IMG/VR virus record: IMGVR_UViG_3300045988_103765
Length of the DNA stretch: 64,000 nt
Source: a virus
Strand: one strand, 5' to 3'
In this document: in pieces, positions 28,957 to 37,135 of the stretch
Position numbering within the stretch: the stretch's first letter is position 1
Layout of the letters: each line of letters opens with the position of its first letter
Position numbers and translations under genes: made by a program
The notes under the pieces: model-generated
Databases searched by the model: none
What the model saw: only the letters and a program-made list of their open reading frames with translations
Told to the model about the DNA's origin: nothing

Positions 28957-29917
28957 GCCTATTAATCTCTGATTTAGCATGTTCCAATTCCTTTCTCATT
29001 CGTTCTTGCTCTGATTCAACAAGACGGATAGAAAGGATATTGGCTTGCACAGAACCAATGATTGTTGCGGTAAGGTCGGGAGATAAATAATTCAAGCTAC
29101 CATATCCATATTCATCCTTTTCGTGACAGAAATTTGTGATACCAGCTTTCACCGCATTTTGATATACAAGTCCGGTATGACGTTTATTGTCTATCCTATC
29201 TTGGTATAAATCCAATGCTTTTTTGTTATAATTATAGTCATAAACTCTGCCAAGTTTTAGTAGTCTTTCTCGGTAATCTATAAGCCCATCGTAATTCTCT
29301 TTTAATCTAAAGTCAGAAGTAGCTTTAGCGGTGATTGCAGCCGTAGCAGTAATACTTCCAGTAAAAGCCCATGTACTACCATCATATTCCATAACATACG
29401 ATTTATTTGTAGAGCTTGTCGGGTTAGCAGTACCTCTCCACCAATGCCACAAACCATTTGAATGACAGCCAAGTCCCATTGTATAATTACCTCCAACAAT
29501 TTCAATGCTATCATGGCTTGTATTTGCAAATCTTGCTCCTACATTATAAGCCTTAGCACCACTTCCAGTTATTCCCGTACTATTTATCCAACCATGTAGG
29601 GTGCAATCTCCAAATTCCATATTTGCCCAAGATGAACTGCTTCCTGCCCGCCAATACCATTTTTTAGGAACAGACCTACCGCCATAACTTGCACCTCTAT
29701 AATTAACATGAAACTCAGTGCCTCCAGCTATAATAATCTCATTTCCACCGCTTGAAAGTTCCAAATAAGAACCATTTTGGGTTATACCAGATGGATTCAT
29801 ATAAAGACCAGAATTAGCATAGACCCAAGCTTGAATATACGCATCTATAAATCTATTGCTACTTGAACCTATTCTGTAATTATTATTGCTTAACGGAAAG
29901 ATATTACCAGAATACAT
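28925..29917 (-). CDS. alternative tail-fibre C-terminal cassette with S74-type chaperone (apparently silent in this orientation)
   Basis: Contains the fibre motif NYRIGSSSNRFIDAYIQ and SDFRLKENY...HTGLVYQN. The frame is open without a start codon up to 30001 and includes the inverted repeat. No minus-strand -7 box lies upstream. Confidence 0.6.
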   Translation of the reverse strand: MYSGNIFPLSNNNYRIGSSSNRFIDAYIQAWVYANSGLYMNPSGITQNGSYLELSSGGNEIIIAGGTEFHVNYRGASYGGRSVPKKWYWRAGSSSSWANMEFGDCTLHGWINSTGITGSGAKAYNVGARFANTSHDSIEIVGGNYTMGLGCHSNGLWHWWRGTANPTSSTNKSYVMEYDGSTWAFTGSITATAAITAKATSDFRLKENYDGLIDYRERLLKLGRVYDYNYNKKALDLYQDRIDNKRHTGLVYQNAVKAGITNFCHEKDEYGYGSLNYLSPDLTATIIGSVQANILSIRLVESEQERMRKELEHAKSEINRLKGLVASLQN

Positions 29918-29943
29918 TCCACCATTAAAAGTTGCAGTTTCAC

Positions 29944-29962
29944 CAAAAGTACTTGTAGAACT
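29944..29962 (-). repeat. inverted repeat, right arm
   Basis: Reverse complement of 28057..28075. It lies 9-15 codons upstream of ATG 29917, in frame. Confidence 0.9.
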
Positions 29963-30015
29963 AAGGTTTGTATCAAATTGGTAGCCAGATATTTGGTGCT
30001 TTCAAAAAAACACCT

Positions 30016-30023
30016 TATTTTTG
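30016..30023 (+). promoter_or_regulatory. -7 box TATTTTTG
   Basis: The same octamer as the late promoters, 16 nt upstream of ATG 30040. Confidence 0.4.
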
Positions 30024-30039
30024 CACATAACAAATTGAT

Positions 30040-30780
30040 ATGAATATGAAGTTTAGAGATTACATTGACCTTGCAGAAAAGTATGAGGTAGAGAGTTTTA
30101 TCAAGTCTGACCCTATACAATTCCCACGAAGATTTAAGGATAGAAAAGACATCGAAGTAGCGGCAGTCATAGCAGCTTGGCTTGCTTATGGCAGGCGTTC
30201 AGTATTCATTCCCAAAATAGATTATATTCTTACAGAGATAATGGGGAATAAGCCTTTTCAATATATATATGGCGTGGAATGGAATAAATACAAGGATAAT
30301 TATACGAGCTTATACCGTATGACTTCTTGGCATTGCTTTGCTTCCCTTTGTGATAAACTTCATTCCATATACATGAAGTACCCTAATCTTGAAGATGCTC
30401 TTGGACGTGTTACTTATTCGCAGAAATGTACCTACTATTGCCAAGGATTATGCCATTTATTACATGGTGAAACAATGATACCCAGTCCAAACAGTAATTG
30501 TGCAAATAAAAGAGTGAACATGCTACTTAGATGGATGATAAGGAAAGATAGTGTAGTTGACATTGGATTATGGAAAACTCTATCACCTTCTCGGCTTCTT
30601 GTTCCTTGTGATACACATTCTTTGCAGTCGGCAGTTGAATTTGGAATTATCCCCAAAGTAGATGAATCAAGAAAGACTTGTATAAAAGTGACTGAATTTG
30701 CAAAAAAAGTATTTCCTTCTGACCCTGCAAGGTTGGATTTTAGTTTGTATGGCTATGGAGTGGAGAAATCAGAGAAATAA
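30040..30780 (+). CDS. TIGR02757 / DUF2400 family protein
   Basis: The N-terminal pattern DPIQFPRRF..D.E.AA.IAAWLAYGRR and the ~246-aa length are as I recall for this family. Confidence 0.6.
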   Translation: MNMKFRDYIDLAEKYEVESFIKSDPIQFPRRFKDRKDIEVAAVIAAWLAYGRRSVFIPKIDYILTEIMGNKPFQYIYGVEWNKYKDNYTSLYRMTSWHCFASLCDKLHSIYMKYPNLEDALGRVTYSQKCTYYCQGLCHLLHGETMIPSPNSNCANKRVNMLLRWMIRKDSVVDIGLWKTLSPSRLLVPCDTHSLQSAVEFGIIPKVDESRKTCIKVTEFAKKVFPSDPARLDFSLYGYGVEKSEK

Positions 30781-31186
30781 AGGTTATGTCAAGAACACTA
30801 CGAAAGGATTAGCTGGCTGGCTGAATGTAGAAGGTATTCACTTTGATGTAAATGCTACTTTTTGGAAAGATGATAAGGGAAAACCATTTATCTGTGTGCA
30901 AAGAGCCATAGAGAAGGTGTTTGATGAAAAGACTTGTACATTTAATGACATTAAACCTCGACCATTTATAGAATGCAATGCCTTTTATACTGGGAAACCT
31001 TTCCCAAACGTTTCATATAAGGGCTATTTTTACCTTGCATCCTTTCGGTTTGAGCTACTTGCAAGCTGGGAAACAAAAGAGATGAAATCCTTATGTATGA
31101 TTGTAAGCAGAACAACTGAACAACCTTTGATAAAGAGAATTAACCAGATAATGAAAGAGAAAAACCATGAATTGCCAGAAACTTAA
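30749..31186 (+). CDS. hypothetical protein
   Basis: ORF track 30698..31186. I prefer the internal ATG at 30749, which reduces the overlap. Confidence 0.45.
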   Translation: MAMEWRNQRNKGYVKNTTKGLAGWLNVEGIHFDVNATFWKDDKGKPFICVQRAIEKVFDEKTCTFNDIKPRPFIECNAFYTGKPFPNVSYKGYFYLASFRFELLASWETKEMKSLCMIVSRTTEQPLIKRINQIMKEKNHELPET

Positions 31187-31565
31187 AAACGATTTTATCA
31201 ATATGAAAGACAAGACACTCAAAGAAGTGTGTGACATTCTTAGGAAATATGATATGAATTGGGAAATTTCATTATCGTATTTTGTTGCCAGCCTATTCGG
31301 TGTAGATAGGGCTGATATGCTTTCTAAAGACAGAAGTAAAGATATAGTTTATGCAAGATGGTTCTATTGGTATGTATTAAGAGAAGTCTGTAAAAAAGAC
31401 TATGAAACAATAGCACAAGAAGTATCTATTGATGATGCTATATTTGTTACAAGTAGTATATACCAGGGAATATCAAACATGCAGGAACTTATATCATCCA
31501 ATAGCTTTTACCGAGATAAATGGATGATAGTTAAAAGTATGGTAAGCTTGAAGAAGCCTACTTAG
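31167..31565 (+). CDS. DnaA domain IV-like helix-turn-helix protein
   Basis: DMLSKDRSKDIVYARWFYWYVLREV..YETIAQEV resembles the DnaA C-terminal DNA-binding domain. The start could instead be ATG 31203. Confidence 0.5.
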   Translation: MNCQKLKNDFINMKDKTLKEVCDILRKYDMNWEISLSYFVASLFGVDRADMLSKDRSKDIVYARWFYWYVLREVCKKDYETIAQEVSIDDAIFVTSSIYQGISNMQELISSNSFYRDKWMIVKSMVSLKKPT

Positions 31566-31590
31566 TTCTCAAATGCAAAGTTGTGGTGGG

Positions 31591-31740
31591 TTATTTGCCC
31601 ACCATTTCTTTTTCCTTCGACAAGATATTCTCTATATTCTCCTCAGTAAATCCAAAGATAGCTGCGAAGCGTTTAAACTCGTCCATGCGTGACTTAGGTA
31701 TCATTCTATACATGGAATTAATCGGTTTCTCACTTTTCAT
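31591..31740 (-). CDS. small hypothetical protein
   Basis: ORF track 31591..31806. ATG 31740 gives only an 11-nt overlap with the upstream gene. Confidence 0.35.
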   Translation of the reverse strand: MKSEKPINSMYRMIPKSRMDEFKRFAAIFGFTEENIENILSKEKEMVGK

Positions 31741-32194
31741 GGCTTTCATTGCCTTCAAAATCTCTTTTCTTTTCATTTCTTTTATTTTTACAACAATCAC
31801 AGTCACATAAGAAAATCTTAGCTATGTCCCATGTCCTATCTACCAAATCTTGACCTAAATACTGTACTTCTTCCCCTTCTAATGGAATACCGTAGAATTG
31901 GCAGATATGAACGGCACAATGTCCCAATTCATGGTGATATGATTTAAGAAACTCTTTTTCAGAGTTGGTTATACTAATTACAATAACAGATGTCCTACTG
32001 ATGTAGTCACTGAATGTAAGCCCAGTATTTACGCTGCAAGAGGACAAGTTGTCATAAGCAATATCATAACTTTTACTGCCACATTTCAACTTATCCATTG
32101 CATCCAAGACTTCATCCAAATAATCACAACTGTAGTCCAAGAACAGCAATATATGCCAATCATATTTTTCGATATAAAGCTCTTGTCGTTTCAT
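31730..32194 (-). CDS. HExxH zinc metallopeptidase-like protein (ImmA/IrrE-like motif)
   Basis: Contains the motif YHHELGHCAVH. 154 aa. Confidence 0.45.
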   Translation of the reverse strand: MKRQELYIEKYDWHILLFLDYSCDYLDEVLDAMDKLKCGSKSYDIAYDNLSSCSVNTGLTFSDYISRTSVIVISITNSEKEFLKSYHHELGHCAVHICQFYGIPLEGEEVQYLGQDLVDRTWDIAKIFLCDCDCCKNKRNEKKRDFEGNESHEK

Positions 32195-32308
32195 CTTTTT
32201 TTAGTATTTTTGTACAGAGGATAGGACGGAGTAGCTACCGTTCGATAAGGTGAAGCTGATACACCTTCCTCTATTCTTTTTATCAGCACTTATTAATATC
32301 AGCTAATT

Positions 32309-33054
32309 ATGAAACGTACTACAACTTCTCAATTTATTGCAAAAGCTAAGAGCATTCATGGAGATAAATATGATTACTCTAAAGTAAAATACGAAAAAAG
32401 TTCTATTAAAGTCTGTATCACTTGTCCTAAACATGGAGAATTTTGGCAAACACCAAATAGTCATTTAAGTGGCAAAGGATGCTTAAAATGTTCTATGTAT
32501 TCTTTAGTATCTGGAGTTGGAATTAATGATATAGAGATAAATACCAAGGATAAATGCTACAAGGTTTGGCATAGCATGATGAACAGATGCTATAGTAAAA
32601 AATATCATTCTAAATTCCCCACTTATCAAAATTGCTCTGTCTGCAATGAGTGGACTTATCTATCTAACTTCAAGCGTTGGTTTGATGAAAACTATGTTGA
32701 TGGCTATGTCTTAGACAAAGACATCTTGGTAAAGGGGAACAAGGTATATTCTCCAGAAACTTGCTGCTTTGTGCCAGAAGAAATCAATCTATTATTGCTA
32801 AATAACAAAAAAAAAGAGGCAATCTACCTATAGGCGTGACTTTTAGAGATAATAGTTATTATGCCATTATGACTAAACATAATAAGACAAAACATATTGG
32901 GATATTTAAAACTCCTATTGAAGCTTTTAATGCCTATAAAATTGAAAAAGAAAAGTACGTCAAAGAACTCGCTGATAAATATTTCAAAGAGGGCAAAATA
33001 AATATAGAGGTTTATAATGCCCTAATGAAATATAAAGTTGAATATGCAGATTAA
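32309..33054 (+). pseudogene. homing-endonuclease-associated Zn-ribbon + AP2-domain protein, split by a frameshift at an A9 tract
   Basis: The N-terminus (FIAKAKSIHGDKYDYSKVKY..CPKHGEFWQ..HLSGKGCLKC) and the C-terminal ORF (GVTFRDNSYYA..KHIGIFKTPIEAFNAYK, AP2-like) join in frame if A9 (32807..32815) were A10. Confidence 0.6.
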
Positions 33055-33452
33055 AGCATATCTTCCCAATTAATTACAACTCCCTTAGCAGAGCATAGGG
33101 AATAGAAATAACGGAAAGCCATTTCCGGACTGCCATCTGCATCCCCTAAGTAATCCTGCACAAATTTGCAAAGCACTTGTTCATTTGCTAATGAAGAGCC
33201 AAGATAATCAGATTTTGCCATTGCAAAAATATAGCATGCGTTATAGCCATTATCGTTTTCTAAGGTCAAGTTATACTTCTTCATCAAAGCGTAAACCTCC
33301 TCCTTAGACAATGGAGTGACGGGCTGTCTACCTTTCATCATTGAAACGGCAAATTCATATAATTTCTTGCTGAAATTCATTCCATTAGTAGCAAGATAAG
33401 TCTTTAAACCTTCGGGGATATTGCTATATACATCAAAAGGAACATTCTTCAT
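33051..33452 (-). CDS. hypothetical protein
   Basis: ORF track. Its 3' end overlaps the stop of the convergent AP2-like ORF by 4 nt. Confidence 0.55.
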   Translation of the reverse strand: MKNVPFDVYSNIPEGLKTYLATNGMNFSKKLYEFAVSMMKGRQPVTPLSKEEVYALMKKYNLTLENDNGYNACYIFAMAKSDYLGSSLANEQVLCKFVQDYLGDADGSPEMAFRYFYSLCSAKGVVINWEDML

Positions 33453-33513
33453 AATTTGAATATTTATTAGTTAAACAAAAGGGGAGAATAATCTCCTCCC
33501 CTCTACTACATTA

Positions 33514-33747
33514 TCAACGACGGCGACGGCGACCTCTACGCTCGCTCATACGGTCTTCCCGGTCATAATCACGGTCGTAGTCTCTATCGTACTCGCGTCC
33601 GTAATCTTCACGACGTTCACCCATTTCTTCCATTTCGTCCAAAAGGGTTTCAAAGTCTTCCTTCAAGCACTTCATGCTCTCTTTGAAGTTATCGTAGGCA
33701 TCTTTGACACCACCACGACCTCTTTGAGAAATTTCTATCATTCCCAT
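33514..33747 (-). CDS. small highly charged protein (DYDR repeats, C-terminal RGRRRRR)
   Basis: ORF track. Contains YDRDYDRDYDRED and a poly-Arg tail. Confidence 0.5.
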   Translation of the reverse strand: MGMIEISQRGRGGVKDAYDNFKESMKCLKEDFETLLDEMEEMGERREDYGREYDRDYDRDYDREDRMSERRGRRRRR

Positions 33748-33752
33748 ACTAT

Positions 33753-34286
33753 TTACGTTTTAGATGTTGTTTTACTGTTTCTGTTAGAACTATTCAGTTC
33801 TTGAAGCAGGGACTTGATGTCATTCAAATCACCTTTTAAAGATTTAACTTCTGATTCTAAAGAACCGATTTTCTCTTCCTGCTGTTTCTCTTTGGCAAAC
33901 TGAGGATTGAGTTGTTTCAATATATCATCGCAGCTTTCTATTACAGATTGGTGGTAATCTCTACTTTCCACTATCTGACGGCTGGTCTGAATCATATTCT
34001 CAACCTCTGAAAGAATTGCTTCCTTCTTGTCCGATACAATAGCATTAGGATAGGTAAATACCTCCACATTTGTAGGAAGCTTCTGAAATTCCATAACCTC
34101 TTCACCAGCCTTTATCTTCGCATCTATAACTGTTTCCTGCTGTGCTCCAAAAGGTACAGAAGGATTATAGGTAGGATATTTAGGCATAGGATTAGATACG
34201 GATTCAACCGTTCCTATCTTCAATATTGGTTTCTCACCTTTGATAAGAATATAGCAAATATTCCCTTGCTTTAATGAACCAAACAT
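33753..34286 (-). CDS. hypothetical protein with C-terminal coiled coil
   Basis: ORF track. Lies 5 nt upstream of the next gene. Confidence 0.55.
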   Translation of the reverse strand: MFGSLKQGNICYILIKGEKPILKIGTVESVSNPMPKYPTYNPSVPFGAQQETVIDAKIKAGEEVMEFQKLPTNVEVFTYPNAIVSDKKEAILSEVENMIQTSRQIVESRDYHQSVIESCDDILKQLNPQFAKEKQQEEKIGSLESEVKSLKGDLNDIKSLLQELNSSNRNSKTTSKT

Positions 34287-34304
34287 AGTCTAAACTTTTA
34301 ATTG

Positions 34305-34847
34305 TTACTTACTCTTTGCCGATGAAGCAGATGCAGACTGATTAGCTGCTGTAGCTCCTGCCGGACTGTTGATTGCCGTTACTCCCATAAGTCTGAATAT
34401 TCCACAGCATTTGTCAATATAGACAAAATGTTCAGTAGTATATCCTGCTTGAATTTGTGGCGCTGGTGCGGCTGTACCTTGCGGAACAGTTACATCATGC
34501 CCAAGAACTTGCGTAGACTTATTGTCAATAACTGGAATTTTAGTCGTTCCCACATTGCTATTCTCTGAAACTACTGTACTGTTTCGGTTTGCCATCGGAA
34601 CAACTACATTAACGGGTAATGTAGCTCCTGCTGTACTAACCGGGTGACGAACTTTCCAAAGAACTACTGTGCGGTTTGGAAGGGCACGCCAGATACATGG
34701 GTTAATCCCATAATTTACCGTAGGAGTAGCTTCATCTGTAGTTTCTACATATCCCGAAGTTTCAATTACGGGAATACCTGCAACGTCTATTTTGGGCACA
34801 ATTACCCTTCTTGCTACGGAAACACCATTGTTAAAATAGGTAGTCAT
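34305..34847 (-). CDS. hypothetical protein (Val/Thr/Ala-rich, beta-type)
   Basis: ORF track. Confidence 0.55.
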   Translation of the reverse strand: MTTYFNNGVSVARRVIVPKIDVAGIPVIETSGYVETTDEATPTVNYGINPCIWRALPNRTVVLWKVRHPVSTAGATLPVNVVVPMANRNSTVVSENSNVGTTKIPVIDNKSTQVLGHDVTVPQGTAAPAPQIQAGYTTEHFVYIDKCCGIFRLMGVTAINSPAGATAANQSASASSAKSK

Positions 34848-34902
34848 ATTCCTTGTTTTTAAGAGTTAATATTATAGGGGACACAAAGCCCCCTATGGAT
34901 TA

Positions 34903-35814
34903 TTAGCCATTGCAACCACAACCGTCATTATAACCAAACGGATAACCATTGCCATAGAAGCCACCATTACAGCCCCACGGGTTGCAAGTTATGAAGGCAG
35001 GGGTTGGACAAGGACGCAACTTATCCACCAAGTTTTGTGTCTGTTGCTGTGTCAAAGCTGACATCTGATAACCTTGCTTCTCGTCACGTAACTGCTGGAT
35101 TTCACGCTGCATTTCACGCATTTCAAGCTGACAGAACTTATCATTAATGATAGCACTTTGAGCGTCAATCTTACTTGCAATGATGTTGAACTGAGTATTA
35201 GCATTAGACTTCAAATCATCTGTCTGGTTGATTGTAGCAAGTCTATTTTCATATCCTTGACGTTCGATGGCGGTCTTCACATCGCAGCAGCACTGTGCCA
35301 TCTGACTTGCGATTGAGGCGTTGCCAGCTTGAATAGCGTTGATAATCTGCTGTGAAGAAAGACCTACTTGACAGCCAACTTCTGCAACTTTAGCACTTAC
35401 ACCGTTGATAGCTTGCTGAATCTGACCTACTGAACAGTTCAAGTTAGTAGCCAGATTGTTGATAGCTTGACCGTTGCCTTGAATTGCGCTCATAAGTAAC
35501 TCACGACCATTATCGTTGTTGATGAGGTTAGCAAGCCCAGCACCAGACGGACAACCACCTTCATTGCCACCGCCAAAGCCGTTACCCCAGCCTCCGCGTC
35601 CCATCAAAGGGAATAAGAAAAAGAGGAAAATCACCCAAAGTAGCCACGAACCATCTCCACCGAACCCGTTATTGCCGTTCTTACCGTTCAATGCAACCAA
35701 CAAGTTCGGGTCAATACCTCTCTGTTGCAACAGAGGAGCAAGCATTGCCATCATTCCGTTACCGCCAGCCATACCGCTATCTGGCGAGTAAATTACAGTT
35801 TTACTTTCAGACAT
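34903..35814 (-). CDS. Gly/Asn-rich membrane protein with Cys/Gly-rich C-terminus
   Basis: Contains a TM segment (WLLWVIFLFFLFPLM), a Q/N/I-rich helical repeat region, and the C-terminus CNPWGCNGGFYGNGYPFGYNDGCGCNG. Confidence 0.55.
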   Translation of the reverse strand: MSESKTVIYSPDSGMAGGNGMMAMLAPLLQQRGIDPNLLVALNGKNGNNGFGGDGSWLLWVIFLFFLFPLMGRGGWGNGFGGGNEGGCPSGAGLANLINNDNGRELLMSAIQGNGQAINNLATNLNCSVGQIQQAINGVSAKVAEVGCQVGLSSQQIINAIQAGNASIASQMAQCCCDVKTAIERQGYENRLATINQTDDLKSNANTQFNIIASKIDAQSAIINDKFCQLEMREMQREIQQLRDEKQGYQMSALTQQQTQNLVDKLRPCPTPAFITCNPWGCNGGFYGNGYPFGYNDGCGCNG

Positions 35815-35912
35815 AATATTATGATTTTAATTGTTAATTGCCCCAATATTAGGGCTTGACAAATTAACGGTGAAGTTTGTTACTAAAAGAATAGTTTGTA
35901 TCAAGTTCGGAA

Positions 35913-36212
35913 CTAATCGCCATTTCGGAACACTGCAAACGCTCTTTCTTTAGATTCTTGATATTGGCAGTTGACATTGTAACGTTTAAGACGGGATTTG
36001 AACTTATTCCTAATCTTATTTGTACAAGGACGAGATAAGCCAGTAAGCTCGGCTATCTCATTGTCTGTGTACCATTCTCCCAAGATGCTGACAAGAATAT
36101 AACGAGCATTCACACATTCCTCCTTCTTTGAGGATATGATTTTCTCTTTGCTGACCTTGCAACAATCACTTACAATGCCGAGTGTTTCTTGATAAAGATT
36201 GATAATTTTCAT
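35913..36212 (-). CDS. DnaA domain IV-like helix-turn-helix protein
   Basis: ISSKKEECVNARYILVSILGEWYTDNEIAELTGLSRPCTNKI resembles the DnaA C-terminal domain. It is the second such gene in the window. Confidence 0.45.
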   Translation of the reverse strand: MKIINLYQETLGIVSDCCKVSKEKIISSKKEECVNARYILVSILGEWYTDNEIAELTGLSRPCTNKIRNKFKSRLKRYNVNCQYQESKERAFAVFRNGD

Positions 36213-36361
36213 AAGGACTTCTTCTTTTTAGGTTTTGAAACTGTTTCTATCAATTCGTTGGAAAGATTGTGTAGCTTATGTAAAGGAGTATAATCTTCCA
36301 TCTGGTCCAATATCATAAGACCCCTCAATTTCCTAACTGTTTCTTTCTTCGGTTTTCCCAT
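36209..36361 (-). CDS. small basic protein (50 aa, MGKPKKETVRKLRGL...)
   Basis: Below the ORF-track cutoff. Its stop overlaps the downstream ATG (ATGA). Confidence 0.35.
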   Translation of the reverse strand: MGKPKKETVRKLRGLMILDQMEDYTPLHKLHNLSNELIETVSKPKKKKSL

Positions 36362-36433
36362 ACAAGTATTGTTTTGGTTTGTGCAAAGTAAGTCCTATTC
36401 ACGCGGAGAACCGAATGAACTTTACGAAGTCCA

Positions 36434-36468
36434 AATAAAAAGCCGTAATGTATTGGAACACTACGGCT
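36434..36468 (-). terminator. rho-independent terminator after the RuvC-like gene
   Basis: On the minus-strand RNA, AGCCGUA / UACGGCU form a 7-bp stem followed by UUUUUAUUU. Confidence 0.6.
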
Positions 36469-36501
36469 TACACGAATAACTAATTTATGAAGTAAAAAAA
36501 A

Positions 36502-36990
36502 CTAAAAGTGGTTGCGTCGGGCATATTCTGCAATTAGAATGCCATCTCTATCTGGGTGTTTAATATTATCAAACTGTGGAAACAAGCGGTTTCCTATATC
36601 TAAAGAAGCCTTTTTAAGCTCTTCCCCACTACAGCCCTTTGGAAGAAGTTCTTTTTGCCATTCCTTAGAATCTACAAACATGTGGCGAATACCCATTACT
36701 TCAATCATAATAAGCTCTGCCTCATGGCAACGTAACGCTGATGCAGTAGATGCAAAGCGGCTTGGATTTACAAGAGGACGCTCCATCAGAAGCGTAATGT
36801 CATTCTTGTTGTATTTGGAAAAAAGTTCCATGAATTTGCTGTAATCCAACCGGGACACTTCTTTCTTTGCCTTTGTATAATCTTGCACCTTCTTGACGGG
36901 TGTCTTGCAAAAAAAAGATTCAATATCATCTCCGACAATACCGATGCTGCCGGAAACACCATTATCTAAACCAACGTAAATTCTGCCCAT
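36502..36990 (-). CDS. RuvC-like Holliday junction resolvase
   Basis: MGRIYVGLDNGVSGS (first Asp), LMERP (Glu) and HPDRDGILIAEYA (terminal Asp) are present. The track start at 37023 is a TTG lying inside the promoter box. Confidence 0.55.
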   Translation of the reverse strand: MGRIYVGLDNGVSGSIGIVGDDIESFFCKTPVKKVQDYTKAKKEVSRLDYSKFMELFSKYNKNDITLLMERPLVNPSRFASTASALRCHEAELIMIEVMGIRHMFVDSKEWQKELLPKGCSGEELKKASLDIGNRLFPQFDNIKHPDRDGILIAEYARRNHF

Positions 36991-37012
36991 ATCATTTCGC
37001 TTTAAATTTCCA

Positions 37013-37020
37013 CAAAGATA
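37013..37020 (-). promoter_or_regulatory. -7 box TATCTTTG
   Basis: Matches TAnnTTTG, 22 nt upstream of ATG 36990. Confidence 0.4.
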
Positions 37021-37043
37021 CAAACTTTTTTAAAACTTCAAAA

Positions 37044-37069
37044 GAAAAAGCCTCGGATTAACCGAAGCT
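37044..37069 (-). terminator. stem-loop plus U-tract after recT
   Basis: On the minus-strand RNA, AGCUUCGG / CCGAGGCU (one G-U pair) are followed by UUUUUC. Confidence 0.5.
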
Positions 37070-37135
37070 TCCCCAAATGATATGAAGTTGGTCGCAACAC
37101 GCACAGTCACGTATTACTCTGCAAATATAAGCATA

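Noticed and set aside
21601-29917. Diversity-generating retroelement acting on the fibre tips
   Set aside because: There is no reverse transcriptase ORF anywhere in the window. I found no template/variable repeat pair with adenine-specific differences. The only repeat is the 19-22-nt inverted pair.
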